Assembly: GCF_037042905.1 (NCBI RefSeq)
Contig: NC_087251.1
Location: 28,088,001 to 28,152,000, forward strand
Direction: 5' to 3'
DNA length: 64,000 nt
Source: Lytechinus pictus
Taxonomy: Eukaryota
A program made the position numbers and the translations under genes. Numbering within the stretch: position 1 is the first letter of the stretch; each line of letters begins with the position of its first letter. The notes under the pieces are model-generated. The model ran no database searches. It had not been told where the DNA came from and saw only the letters and a list, made by a program, of their open reading frames with translations. Below, one piece after another: positions 40,825 through 53,038 of the stretch.

Positions 40825-41408
40825 AGGAGAATGAAACTCTTGGAGCAAGTTAGCTTTTGTGAAAGCAGAAAAATCAAAGAATAAGATCAACAAAAGTTTG
40901 AGTAAAATAGGACTAGCAATAGAAGAGTTATGAGCATTTGAATGTCGAGATCACTAATGCTATGGAGATCCTCCCATTGGCAATGCGACCAAGATCTATG
41001 ATGTCACAGATGAACAACTCTCCCCTTTTGGACACTGAAAATATACCCCAAAACATCTCTTTTTGCTCATTCTAATCATATGACAAACGATTCATCAATG
41101 ATATAATGTTGTGAAACCTCTGTACTTGTCCTCTCATAAAGAGAACACCTCACCTTGTGATAGACTCTATAAAAGTGAGAATATAAGTGAAATAAGTACT
41201 AGAGTAATGAGGGAGTTGTACGTGTGTGACATCACAGATCTTGGTCGCATTGCCAATGGGAGGATCTACATGGCATTAGTGATCTCAATATTCAAATGCT
41301 CATAACTTTCTTATTATTCATACAATCTTCCTCAAACTTTCAACAATATGTTTTTTTGATTTTTCTCTTTGATATGGATTCAGCTGGTTTCAAGGGTTTC
41401 ATTCTCCT
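40825..41408 (-). mobile_element. Kolobok-like MITE, family B, copy 2 (inverted relative to copy 1)
   Basis: Same TIR and TTAA TSD; interior is the near-identical reverse complement of 39437-40019. Confidence 0.9.
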
Positions 41409-42953
41409 TTAATAGTAGTAGACATCATGCAGTAGAAGTGGCAGCAGCTTCATTGATATATTTTTTTTTACTTTCTAACAATTGTGTAAAATCAAATTGA
41501 TCATCAAATTTGCTGTAAATATGTCTCTTAGTCTTGTATGGTTCAGGTTGCTAATTACTTACAAGAATATGCCTTCTTTGTTAAATGCTGCAAAACAAAA
41601 TAACCAAGGTCTTAGTTTTCTATTTTTACATAAGGAGGTTACTAACATTTTGAATTTTAATAAGAAGTTTTTTATCCACATGCATGGCAAGTGGTTGTTG
41701 AAGCTTAAAGAGAGCAATTGAAAAACAATTTCAATATCAAAGTAATTATCTCTTGCAGTGATGCAGGTGAAATCTCTATTACTGACTGGTAGGGAGATAA
41801 ATCTTTTCCCAGTAATTAGAACAATAATGGGAGATTACATACACTTGATTGGTTGTACGTGACTGAAAATATCTGATTTATTAGACATCTGATAGATTGT
41901 AATCTAGGACCCAACGATAAATCAAAATTTCAATTTCTTCAAGTGTGTATTATCATTTCAGGTAAATGATATGTGTTTGCAATATTTTTTTTTCTCTTTT
42001 GTCTTGTCAAAATGTGAACAGTAATGACATATATAAAAATAAAATAAAAAATAAGATGTAGAGAGAGGGCAAGAGAGAAAGGGAGAGCGAGCGAGGAGGT
42101 ATAGGAGTATATATAGTCTGCAAACTAGCACAGACTCAAATTTGACACTTCAACAAATCATACCATGTCTAGAGAGAAGACTAGCCTCCATACTCTCTGT
42201 CTTTGTCAGCAGCCATGTGGTGCATGAGGAACATGTAGTCTCACACCTTCAGACTGCATGATGCACTATATGAAAACAGGAGGTCTGTGCGTGCAGATTA
42301 GTATGTGAGAGTTAAGAAGCTTCTGCCTCGTTTAGTTGCATTGATCAACATGATGTGAAGTGAAACCAATTCTGTCTTATCAAAGTACAACTTATTTACA
42401 TAATACACAATGTATTGCAGTTACAATCGAATAAATACTTTGTTTGCTAGACCATTCTTGTTGCTTCCCCTTCTCACAAGCAAATATTTACCGGAGTAAC
42501 ATTGCTGAATTTAGAAGGCTTGACCTCGTCTGATAGCATGAAGGGAGTAATGTGGAAGAAATCACTCTAAAATGATGCATCAATCATTGCTCACTTGCAA
42601 TTTTAATTGTTGAGATGTGCTAGATTCCAAAAGTAGATGATCATGTTAATACATCTATTTTAGTGGTATTCTTGGTATTCACTGCAATGAAGAGTGCAGT
42701 CCAATTTCTGAGATGCCATACAGGCAAAATGAAAAATATAAGACTGGTAATATTATTCAAGTTACGACAAGCACAGAGATGAGGAAGCAAGGCATATCAT
42801 AACTCATTTTATTTATCTTTACTTATTCTATTTCGTTTAAGTTCAATTTTCTCCCTGTTGTTTCATTCATACCATGTTAATTGGATATCAATCAAATAAT
42901 ATCCTTCAGTTTGTTGTTTGCACAATGCATACAAGATTGATACGCTTTCATAA

Positions 42954-43429
42954 GGTGGTTTTAAACTGCCTCAATCACAAGAATCCCAGTTAAAATTACA
43001 AGAACTTTTCAGGCTAAAAAATACCCTTTAATTATTTCTGATTTCACACGGCCCTAAAACAAACCCCCTGAGATAAGTTCCTAAAGCTACCAGCATGCGC
43101 ATTATGGTCTGATAAGCAAGCTAGGCAAGAGATTCAAAATCGCTAGCTCAGCAGCCACCCACGACGCCCGCGCCCAACTACAAGCTGGGCTGAAAATTCC
43201 TGTAATTTGCTTTCACACTGCCAAAATACCTGCAACCTTAGAAAAATCCTAGCGACAGTTCTCATAATTTTGACAAGTACCTACTATTAAGCGGGTATTT
43301 TCTTTCTGGGAGATTACGTGTAATTTGCTTTCACACTGCCAAAATTACCTGGTATTTTCTTAATGGGGGTGAATTTCCAGATCAGAAAATACCTGGAACT
43401 GACGAACTTCGAGGCGGTCTGAAACCACC
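42954..43429. mobile_element. Harbinger-like MITE
   Basis: TIR ggtggttttaaactgcctc / gaggcggtctgaaaccacc; internal repeat tgtaatttgctttcacactgccaaaat. Confidence 0.65.
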
Positions 43430-44321
43430 TCGAGTGAAACTTCCCCATTTCAAAAATGTCAATCATAGAATTAGTCATTGGTAAAAAAAAAATCATGGCA
43501 GGGACCAGCCAGAAAGAATGAAAATGATGCCTGCACAAAAAATGGAGTGTCCGAAAAGCGGTGTCCGGGATGTCAGATTAAGTGGGGTCATGTTTTGGAA
43601 ACACCATTGACATTCATGCAACACATATTTTGATAAGATTCATAAGATCACAATCCAGATGCCTCGACATTGTTTTCTTTTGTCTTTTTTCTTATTAGCT
43701 CTTTCATGTTCATATTTTGAGCCAATGGCAAGACATTTCATTTAAGAAAAAAGCTCTGTCGACAGACTATTGATTTCCTCTCCTAGAGCATATACAAACA
43801 TTAAATGTTCAAACAAAATACCAACGTGGCCTGCATGTTTGCCTAGTAGAATTGAAAATGAAATTGACTCTTGTCTGAAGTCAGAAAGAGGCATTTTAGC
43901 TATACTCTTACTTCTGATAATTACAAAAAATTGATTTAAACAGCTGATGTGCTCATGGTCAATCGATAACCTTGTAGATATTGCTGGTATTTTGAATGAA
44001 GTGTCAGAATTTAAATTTTCAAAGAAAAGAGTATTATTTTGAAGCCCTATATCTTTAAACTCGCATTATCAGTAACAAATATGAGAATTCAATGACAAAT
44101 TCACTCCTAACTAACCAAATTGCAGCATTTCACTAGCTTACAACAAAAGCTTTTTAAGTTTCTATTAATAACTAATCCTATGAATAGTATCCCACTGCTG
44201 CCACATGTTTTGTAGACCCTCAAAGAGAATCAATAATACAATCCATGTGATCCCATTAGTTTTATCTAGATTACTTCAAAGTGTTCTTGATGTTGATGAG
44301 CAAGTATGACTTGTAATTAGG

Positions 44322-44439
44322 CTGGGGAGCATTTCATGAAAAGTTTTTCACGGACGAATTTGCTCTCAGCCAATCAGAATCAAGGATTTTCAATAGCTCA
44401 TAACAAATCAATGAACATGTTTCATGAAATGCTCCCCAG
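44322..44439. mobile_element. Small MITE
   Basis: Perfect 20-bp inverted ends CTGGGGAGCATTTCATGAAA; related copy at ~52690-53120. Confidence 0.8.
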
Positions 44440-45366
44440 TTGTTACCTGGCCGATCTTTCATTAGAATGTGACTAGCCAAGCATTACAGGTTTACAAAAA
44501 TGTTGATCAAACCATGTTGTATTTTATTTCATTTTTTTGTTGATTGTAAGAATAATCTTTTAATTGTACAACATAAAATGTTGTTAAAGTAGTGTTTGCA
44601 GTAAATCAGGGAGTAAACCATGATATGTACCATGGAGTTAAAAAGGGATGGTTGTAATTATTGCATGTCCTTCACAAGTGTGAATGCAGAGGCTTGCAGT
44701 TAAAGCTGCAGCCTGCAGATACCTGTATTACATAATCCAGACATTATCATGTAACATCTGGGGTTATGATGTAGTATATATTTCAGTTGTACTTTTTAAA
44801 CTGATAATTGGCTTGGCATTTGATATTTCCCTCTCAGTCTTTCATCCTTTGTGTAAGAAAGTGCTCTTTCATTTCCCTTATTGTGACAATGCAATCAATC
44901 GACCCCCCCCCCTTATGAAGTTTGAAGTGGATGTTTTTTGCGAATCTCTTTGAAAAAAGTGAAGGTAATAAAATTTCACTGAGCAACATAAAACAGTGAT
45001 TTGTTTTTTTTTACATGTAGACCTTGGCTGTTTTATATTTGATTCCCCCAACATGGTCTAATTCAGGGGTAGTGTTTTGCAAAAAGATGCAAGTTATTTA
45101 TACCTGACTTATGCAACAATATTATATAACAATGAAGTGATAACAGAAATAACACTAGCCCTGTAAATATTAATTTCCTGTAAGTATCATATATCAAGGA
45201 ATAGGGCCTACAGTGGTTGGTTGGGGCATGCAAACGCTGAAATTCTTTTAGCAAATGATGCCAGTGTAAGCATTATTTGAATTGTGCCTAATCCAACTTT
45301 CAACCTCATCAGGTCTTTGGATTTTCATGAATTTAACATTTTCAAGTCTGGCTTTTTGTACTATAA

Positions 45367-46127
45367 GGGTGCGTTTATCCGCCACTTTATTACCCTAGAA
45401 TCATGATCTGAATCATGATTCTGCAGAATCACGATTGCGTTTAGTCGAAATTGAATATAATCATGATTAGAATCACAAACATGAAACGCGAAAAAGGGGC
45501 GTTTGGAAAGACGTTTCTGCAGAATCACGTACGAAAATGTTCGAATAAACAATATCGTGATTACAATCATGATTCTATGACGTCCATCATTGTGTCGGGC
45601 TACTTTAGGTTTGACTCTTGCCAAGCGCAAGACGTGCTATGCTCAGTGTATTTATACATAATATGATATGCATGCATTCTGTGTTGGGCATCGCATCGTC
45701 CACTTCTTTTCATCTTTTTTTTGGTCATGTCTTCAACTTCAAGTAAACTAGTAAATGAACTAACTGAACAGACAATGATATCAATTGTTGTTGAGTTAAC
45801 AAGTGTCAATATGAAATTGGATCTACGCTAAAATTTACATCCGAACACAATATTCGATAAACCGACAAGAAGAATAATAAGTAAACAAATTATAATAGAC
45901 TGAATTCGTAAGGTACAGGATTGATTTTTCGAGAGCCAAAACACGTGCGAAAAAAGTTGACCTATCTTCCTCTGTCAAACTGCGCACTGGATCGGTCCGA
46001 ATCCGAGGAAAAACAGCTTTAAAATGAAGGTCATCTGAACGCTGATTCTGTGGTATTGTGATTCATGTTTGTGTTTTGAATCATGATTCAAATCATGATT
46101 CTGGCTTGAGGTCGCATAAACGCAGCC
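45367..46127. mobile_element. Harbinger-like MITE
   Basis: TAA|gggtgcgtttat...ataaacgcagcc|TAA; subterminal aatcatgatt palindromes. Confidence 0.75.
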
Positions 46128-46327
46128 TAAGCATAACACACATTTTCGATAGACCCACTGTGATGCGCACTGGATCGGTCCGAATCCGAGGAAAAACAGC
46201 TTTAAAATGAAGGTCGTCTGAACGCTGATTCTGTGGTATTGTGATTCATGTTTGTGTTTTGAATCATGATTCTGGCTTGAGGTCGCATAAACGCAGCCTA
46301 AGTATAACACACATTTTCGATAGACCC
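45981..46327. repeat. Tandem duplication (183-bp period) of the MITE right end plus flank
   Basis: tgcgcactggatcggtccgaatcc...cattttcgatagaccc begins at 45981 and 46164. Confidence 0.9.
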
Positions 46328-49043
46328 CAACCAATGTGTAGGGTGGCCTAGTCTCCAGTGGGTCAAACTTCCCATCAACTTTTCTACGCCCCCAATGGAA
46401 GTGATGCCCTGGGAGTGACCCCCTTAACCCCCCCCCCCCTACAGCAATTGATTCCTGTGAGATGAAAAGAGACACCCATTATCACTCTGTTTATGTACCT
46501 CTCTTGTAAATGATCCTAACAACAGTGATAACAGAAGAAAGTTTCACTTTTCAGTTTCAAAACTTTTTGGAATAGGATATATTTCATTGTTTTTAAATGG
46601 AACAAACGTGATAAAAGGTATATGGGTCAATTTCCATGCACCCAGGTCTTATCACTGCATAATCCACATATGATATGATATCAAAGATGTTATTTTCTTA
46701 ATTTGACATTAAGCTAATAATTAAATAAACTTTGATTGTTCTTCATTATTGAATAACAAGTTCATTAACATGATAGGAGCACCCCCCCAAAAAAGGGAAG
46801 TGGAGTTTTGTATAAGGGAAGTCCACATGATATCTTGATAATAGAAGGACAACATGAGAAGGCACAAGAACAGGTCAATGCCATTTGAGCAAAGCATAGG
46901 CCTATTTACTTTAAAAAATGTTTGTTTAAAATAATTGAACACAAAGTGAATTGATATATATTTCTTGTGTATGCTTACAAAGAATTTTGATGAATTTGAA
47001 ATGATCTTTACCCTTTTTTCCTCTTGAATTTCCATTTATTGAAGTCTTATTTCTCACTTTCAGTTTCATTTCTATACAGGCCTATTAAGAATGTTCATAA
47101 TTCATCAATTTTATTTACCTTCTACAAAATTTTCAGCTGTTTCAGGAGTAGAGATAGGCCTACATGTACGTGTAGTTTCCCTTAAATCTAAACATATAAT
47201 GTACCTTCAGTCCTTTGGGAAATCAAGGTATGCTAGACCCAAGACAATGATTTGATTTATGATGACTGTTTGGAGATGTGAAATATCTCTCATCTATGAT
47301 CCTATAACCTTCTTTCCCTTGACATTTAAAGTGGGCGGAAAAAAAAACCCTCCTTCTCATTGCTCTTGATTTGTGAGCGGATTAAATAAAAGTAAGAACT
47401 GTGTTTTGTACAATCTCCCAGTCCTTTGGATAAAAAATGTTTTTGAGATACTAAATTAAGCCATATGCTGAGCCTCCATAAGACCAGAAAAGCATTTCTC
47501 CAAATTTTTCTTCATAGATTTATTGTCATTCAATTTTTCTGTTTCATTAGCTATAAAAATGATTCTGCTGAATATAGAAACATATTTACCTCTACAATCA
47601 GTATTAAGGAGGAACATTGATTATGATTCAAAATTTGTTAAAGGAGAAAATTCAGTCGAAGTGAATGAAAAAAATTATATTTTAGCATTCAAAGTTATGC
47701 TTTTTCCCTCCCCAGTGATTGAATATAGCTTCACGATGTCATAAGTCCATTTTCCTTTTCTGTCTTATTTTTCTGTGAGAAATCACAAATATTCTGAATA
47801 TCAGCTCCAATAATGTAAAACATATAGTAAGGCTTTACATGAAATATGTCAATTATAATCGTAAGATATTTTTAAACAATGGAGGGAATTTTATTCATAT
47901 ACGAAAGAAAAAAAAATCTTTAATTCATATTGAATTGTAGATATACACATTGAAATTAATTTAATGGAATTATGAGTTCTATTATTTGCATATATTATTG
48001 TTATTATTATTTGTAACAAACATATGCCAATACAGCAATACATCATGTACCCTGACTACTCCACATTGATTCATTCTTCACCATGGAAACCTTAGAAGTT
48101 AGTCATTTGAAATTTAAAAAATTTATGAAATTTTAAATGCTTTATAAAGACCTATGTTAAATGAATAATCCAAAGTAATAAAGCACAGCGTGTCATTTGT
48201 TCAGCTAGACCCTACCCCCATGTTTGAAAGACCTTTTGAAGCCCCTGGATTGTATCTTTTTTTTATTGGTAAGATATTGACAACCAAGATTCTCTTGAGA
48301 GTTCCTAGGTTAAGCAGTTTAATGTGATGAGATTTCCGGTGAAGTCAGTCCCTCTACTGAATACAATGGTCTGACCCCAGTCAGAGTTCAAGTTTCCCTT
48401 ACAATTCTCTTCTACCTGAAAAAAAAAATCAACTTTCACTTGTCAAAGATAAGAGATTACAAAGTTCAAAGTCCTTTGATATTGCCCAGAATGTATTTCT
48501 TGAAACCTGAGAGAGAACAGGGCATAGCAGATTGTTTTGTCTTAATAGCGTTGATTAGATATCTGTTGTTAAAATTTCTGTAAGCATTGATGAAAAAGTT
48601 TTCAGTGAAAGAGATTTCATACATTTATTTATGGATAACCCTGGTTTATTTGGTGTATAAAGGCAAGTATTAGATTATAAGCTGTGCCTCCAGTGGCTTT
48701 TACATAGTAATCATGAGTGTTTTCACCAAATCCATTACCAAACTGAATTATGAGAGTAGACTCTTAAAGGATTTTAAAATTTCATCACTGTAAAAAAAAT
48801 GTTCTAATGCTCTGAATTTCTAATTGAGGAACAGGGAGGTCCTTTGAAAGGAAAGCAGATCTCGGATATTGGAGTATTGTACAGTTTCCTGAAAATATCA
48901 GAATATATCCCTAAGAGGAAAGTATTATCGGAAATGTGGATCAATAGAGGAAGTCTGACATGATTGGTCTGTAATATGGATAGATTGAATGGGTGGGATA
49001 AGTAGGGTGCATAAACCACAGATCCCCAGGTCTCTGTGACTAG

Positions 49044-49596
49044 TACCCTTTTTACACAGGATTTTCTTAGCCCCGGACTATCGCTAACCCCGTACTATCC
49101 TTAACCCCGTACTATTTTTTTTCCTTTTTACACATGCCACATTATTATTGCTAACCCCGGATAAGGAATGCTTGCTTTTCACACACAAAACTCGCTAACC
49201 CCGGACTAGTGGTTTTTGTCGATCATTCGTAGTACAAGTACTTCACTCGTACCTTTTTACACACGCTACAATTTCCTTAACCCCGTACTATAGGTGGGGC
49301 CAAATTGCCATTTAGCCCCACCTATAGTACGGGGTTAAGCTTAGCCCACTTTCGTTTTACACTAGCGATCTTAACCCCGTACTATCGCTCTTAGCACCGC
49401 AATTGCTGGGATAACCCTGCTTTTTTGCAGGGCCAAATAATCCCGTACTAAAGGTGGGGTTAGCCCACTTTGCAAAAATGCTGTGTAAAAAGAAAGTGGG
49501 CTAAGCTTAACCCCGTACTATAGGTGGGGCTAAATGGCAATTTAGCCCCACCTATAGTACGGGGTTAAGGAAATTTTAGCGTGTGTAAAAAGGGTA
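49044..49596. mobile_element. Harbinger-like MITE with internal palindromes
   Basis: TAG|TACCCTTTTTACAC...GTGTAAAAAGGGTA|TAG; many aaccccgtactat repeats in both orientations. Confidence 0.85.
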
Positions 49597-49639
49597 TAGG
49601 GGTGTTTAACATGAAGTTGTTTTATATGCTTGACTGAAC

Positions 49640-50481
49640 CATGGACCTATTACGAATGGACATTCAACGAATCCCCTCCTTTGACACAGAGACCGTCGCC
49701 GCTAATCCTTTTATAAACAGAGCGCTGGCAGCTGACACCCATCAAGCCGGTCGTAAAACACGCTCTCACTGATTGACCGCGGAAATCAATTGTACGCTGC
49801 TCCTACCCATTGCGATGTTGTTCGTTCACTTTATCAAAAGCAACGCACAGCAGCGAACGTTAGCGCTATGAAAATGATAGCAGAAACAAGAAAACAGGCG
49901 TGCATAAACGTATTTTTTACGTACATCGCTAACAACCGGAAATGAAATGCATTGACATCACCTTGCAGATCCGTATATCTACGGCAAAAAAGCAGTTGAA
50001 ATTCGACGAAAAAATCTGCGGAAAAACGTTAAAATCTCAGCTTTTTCGGACAGTATCGATGTCGATAGTAGCGCTTACCTTCGGTCAGAAGTTGATTTTC
50101 ATTTGGGCATAAAATTCCACAGGATTGATGAAATTTAACGGGATTTTTTTTGATGGACAGACGACAATCGCACATTATAGAGAGCCTAAAATAATGTACT
50201 GAAAAACCGGATATGAATTGCGCATTGCATTCTAGGTAATGTAAGGACTTTCCCTATTGGCAATCGGGGCTACAACATGACCGTCTTTGGTCGAAAGAGG
50301 GCCAGTGATCGATCGGTGACGATCATCGGGCGAAAGGAGCTTGTGTAAACAATCACCCCGGACGGTCGTTGTAAAAACCGCGTAAAGAGAAAGTTAAGGG
50401 TTAGACAGCAATTTTGACAGCTGGAAACAGGTGGTGGTCATAAAATGCTCTCGTTGAATGTCCATTCGTAATAGGTCCATG
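49640..50481. mobile_element. P-element-like non-autonomous transposon (842 bp)
   Basis: Perfect 31-bp TIR CATGGACCTATTACGAATGGACATTCAACGA; 7-bp TSD ACTGAAC at 49633-49639 and 50482-50488. Confidence 0.85.
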
Positions 50482-51868
50482 ACTGAACAAACCACTGGAA
50501 TTTGAACGCAAAGTGTTTGTCAAAGATTTAACAAATTTTGAAATTAAATCATTATTTTGAATTGTTGCAAAGTATAGATTTCAAATAAAAAATGATGATA
50601 TTTATACAATAAGTTTGGTCAATCCCCTTACCCCATCCCCTCCAGTTTCTAAATTCTCTAGTTCCCTTGGACTGGAATCAACTGGTAAATATTTGCAACA
50701 TCAAGTTTGATATTAAGAAGGATCCTACGATAGTCAAATTTCAAAATGTCAGTGAACTTTCTGCAAAAAGCACTGTCACAATATCTTCCAATGGATTTAA
50801 GGAAGAACCTACAAAAGGATGCTGCAGGAATTTTTTAAAAACTATAGCCACAAGCCTCATGTCAAGTTTAAAAATTGATTTTTTTTTTTTGTTCTGAGGT
50901 GAAATTTTTAATGAACTGTTTATGAAATTACTCTGATCATATTACACCTGTATCTTCCCGTGAAAAAGCTCAATTCATATTATAGTTGCATACCATGGTC
51001 TAAAATCAGACAAAAAGTCTTACATGGATTTTTTCTGTATACCAAACATGTACTTTGATATGATCTTGTTTGTTTTAAAGCATGCATACCACTGGCAACT
51101 CTGTTTGAGGTTCCATCAGTTTGGCCGGAAATGTCTCTCATCTTTGGCAAACAGCATGCAAGACAGTCATTCACCTCTCAGTACTGTTGGCATAAATATG
51201 GCAGCTACTTGTACTGCAATTATATCAAGTGCCAAATCATCGTCTGGCAATTGACAAGGTGTTTGAAGACCCTCTTCATTTGAAAATTTGATCATCCATG
51301 TGTTAATCCTTTTACAATAACTGGGAGAGAGAAAGAGGGGGGGGGGGTGTAATGAACAAATCAAAAATTCAAATCTAAAGCTCTGTTTTCATTTAGCTGA
51401 AACTAAGAATTCTGGAAATCTTTCTAACACTCAAAAATGAATTTGAAATCATCCTTTGTCTAGTGTAATTTTTTTAAACAAATGAAAAATTAAACTCCTC
51501 TTTTGTATTTTGTGCAAGGAGCTTTGTCCATGCAAATTAAACATATAATGTTTATTTTCTCTCGTTTTTGTGGGTTGAACTGAATACTTAATAACTCATT
51601 TTCACAAATTGCAGTAGATTTGATAATGCAAAGTTGTTGTTTTTTTCACCTAGAGTTTTTCAATAACAAGGTTATGGCAAATTTGCTGTTGGCAAACTTG
51701 AAAAAAAAAATGAGTGTTTCAAAATAGTGCCAATGTTTATCATGTTTCCTGTCTCAATGATCTAAAACTACCATTTACTTGTACACATTTTTCTGACCAT
51801 GCAATGTATAGATAGGTGGCATCCCCTTTGTACATTCTATGTGTAAGTATATCTGGACATCTGACCAT

Positions 51869-52058
51869 TGGTGTAAATGGCATTGCAGGAGATATGATCA
51901 CTAGAGTAAATGACACAGTGCAGAAAGGACTAGTCTTCGCACTGAGAATCAAAATTATAAAAGTCTCTGGTGTAAATGTCATTGCATGAGATATGATCGC
52001 TAGAGTAAATGACACAGTGCAGAAAGGACTAGTCTTGCACTGAGAATCGAAATTATAA
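51869..52058. repeat. Tandem duplication (99-bp period)
   Basis: tggtgtaaatg.cattgca.gagatatgatc.ctagagtaaatgacacagtgcagaaaggactagtctt at 51869 and 51968. Confidence 0.9.
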
Positions 52059-52758
52059 CTTAAGTTTCTCTCATCAACTGGAAATTCTCTTCTAATTCTC
52101 GCTAGTTTATTTTATAATGTCCAAACAAATATTGATTTTTCTCTTCAACCTTTTTCATGTTTTACATTAGTAACCAGATATTTGAGTTAATAATTTAGGC
52201 TAGAGTTTGTAGTTCAAGCAACATATTCAATATTAGTACAGACATGTTCACACATGGCTTGGTTAATTAGTCTTTAAATCATTGATATTAAACAAGATAT
52301 TTTGATTAGGGTAGGTTTCAATTATTATGGCCATCAAAAAAAATTGTAGCAGTGTGCCTTACTCTTTTTTAAATAAAAGGAAAATTTAGGATTTGAACAA
52401 GGTGGCATGCATCATGCTTAATAATCTCAAAGTACAGTTCATAGCATGCTTTCTAGAGTATTAAAAATGAAATTGCCCCTGAAGATTGCTGAAGCGGATT
52501 GCGAATGTGGCTTAATTAGGGTCATTTGGTTTTATGAATAGTAATGGGTCTAGAATGAGGTTGAGTCAGAGGAATGATAGATGCTAAGTGTGATCTTAAA
52601 TAAACATGAAATCAGTCTTTGGACTGCAGACTGTCTCGGGTAGATGTGAAAACAGCCTTCCATTTTCTACTTAAAGGTAAAGTACTATTCAGGGGAGCAT
52701 TTTTCATGAAACAAAATGGTCAGTGACTGTCACTAACTTATTATATGAGCTACTACAA

Positions 52759-53038
52759 CGTGGAGCGTTGTGGCCCAGTGGATTAGTCTCCGGACTTTGA
52801 AACAGAGGGTTGTGGGTTCAAATCCCAGTCATGGCGTAATTTATCTACATTGTGCTGCACTCGACCCAGGTGAGGTGAATGGGTACATGGTAGGATTTAT
52901 TCCTTGAACGCTTCAGCGCCTATTAATACGGCAGCTCAGCTACAGCCTGGGTAATAATATGATACCAAGTATCAAAGCACAGTTGAGTATATGCACATAG
53001 TAACTGCGATATATAAATGGACATATTAGTATTATTAT
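52759..53038 (+). mobile_element. tRNA-derived SINE inserted in a small MITE
   Basis: A box TGGCCCAGTGG, B box GGTTCAAATCC, (TTA)n tail, TSD TACTACAA at 52751-52758 and 53039-53046. Confidence 0.85.

Noticed and set aside
39540..41305. Twin 64-aa ORFs as a duplicated gene
   Set aside because: Both lie inside two copies of the same non-autonomous MITE
45975..46475. 166-aa ORF with an internal repeat
   Set aside because: By-product of the 183-bp tandem duplication, whose period is a multiple of three
52759..52835. tRNA gene
   Set aside because: The tRNA-like head continues into a SINE body with a (TTA)n tail and TSD
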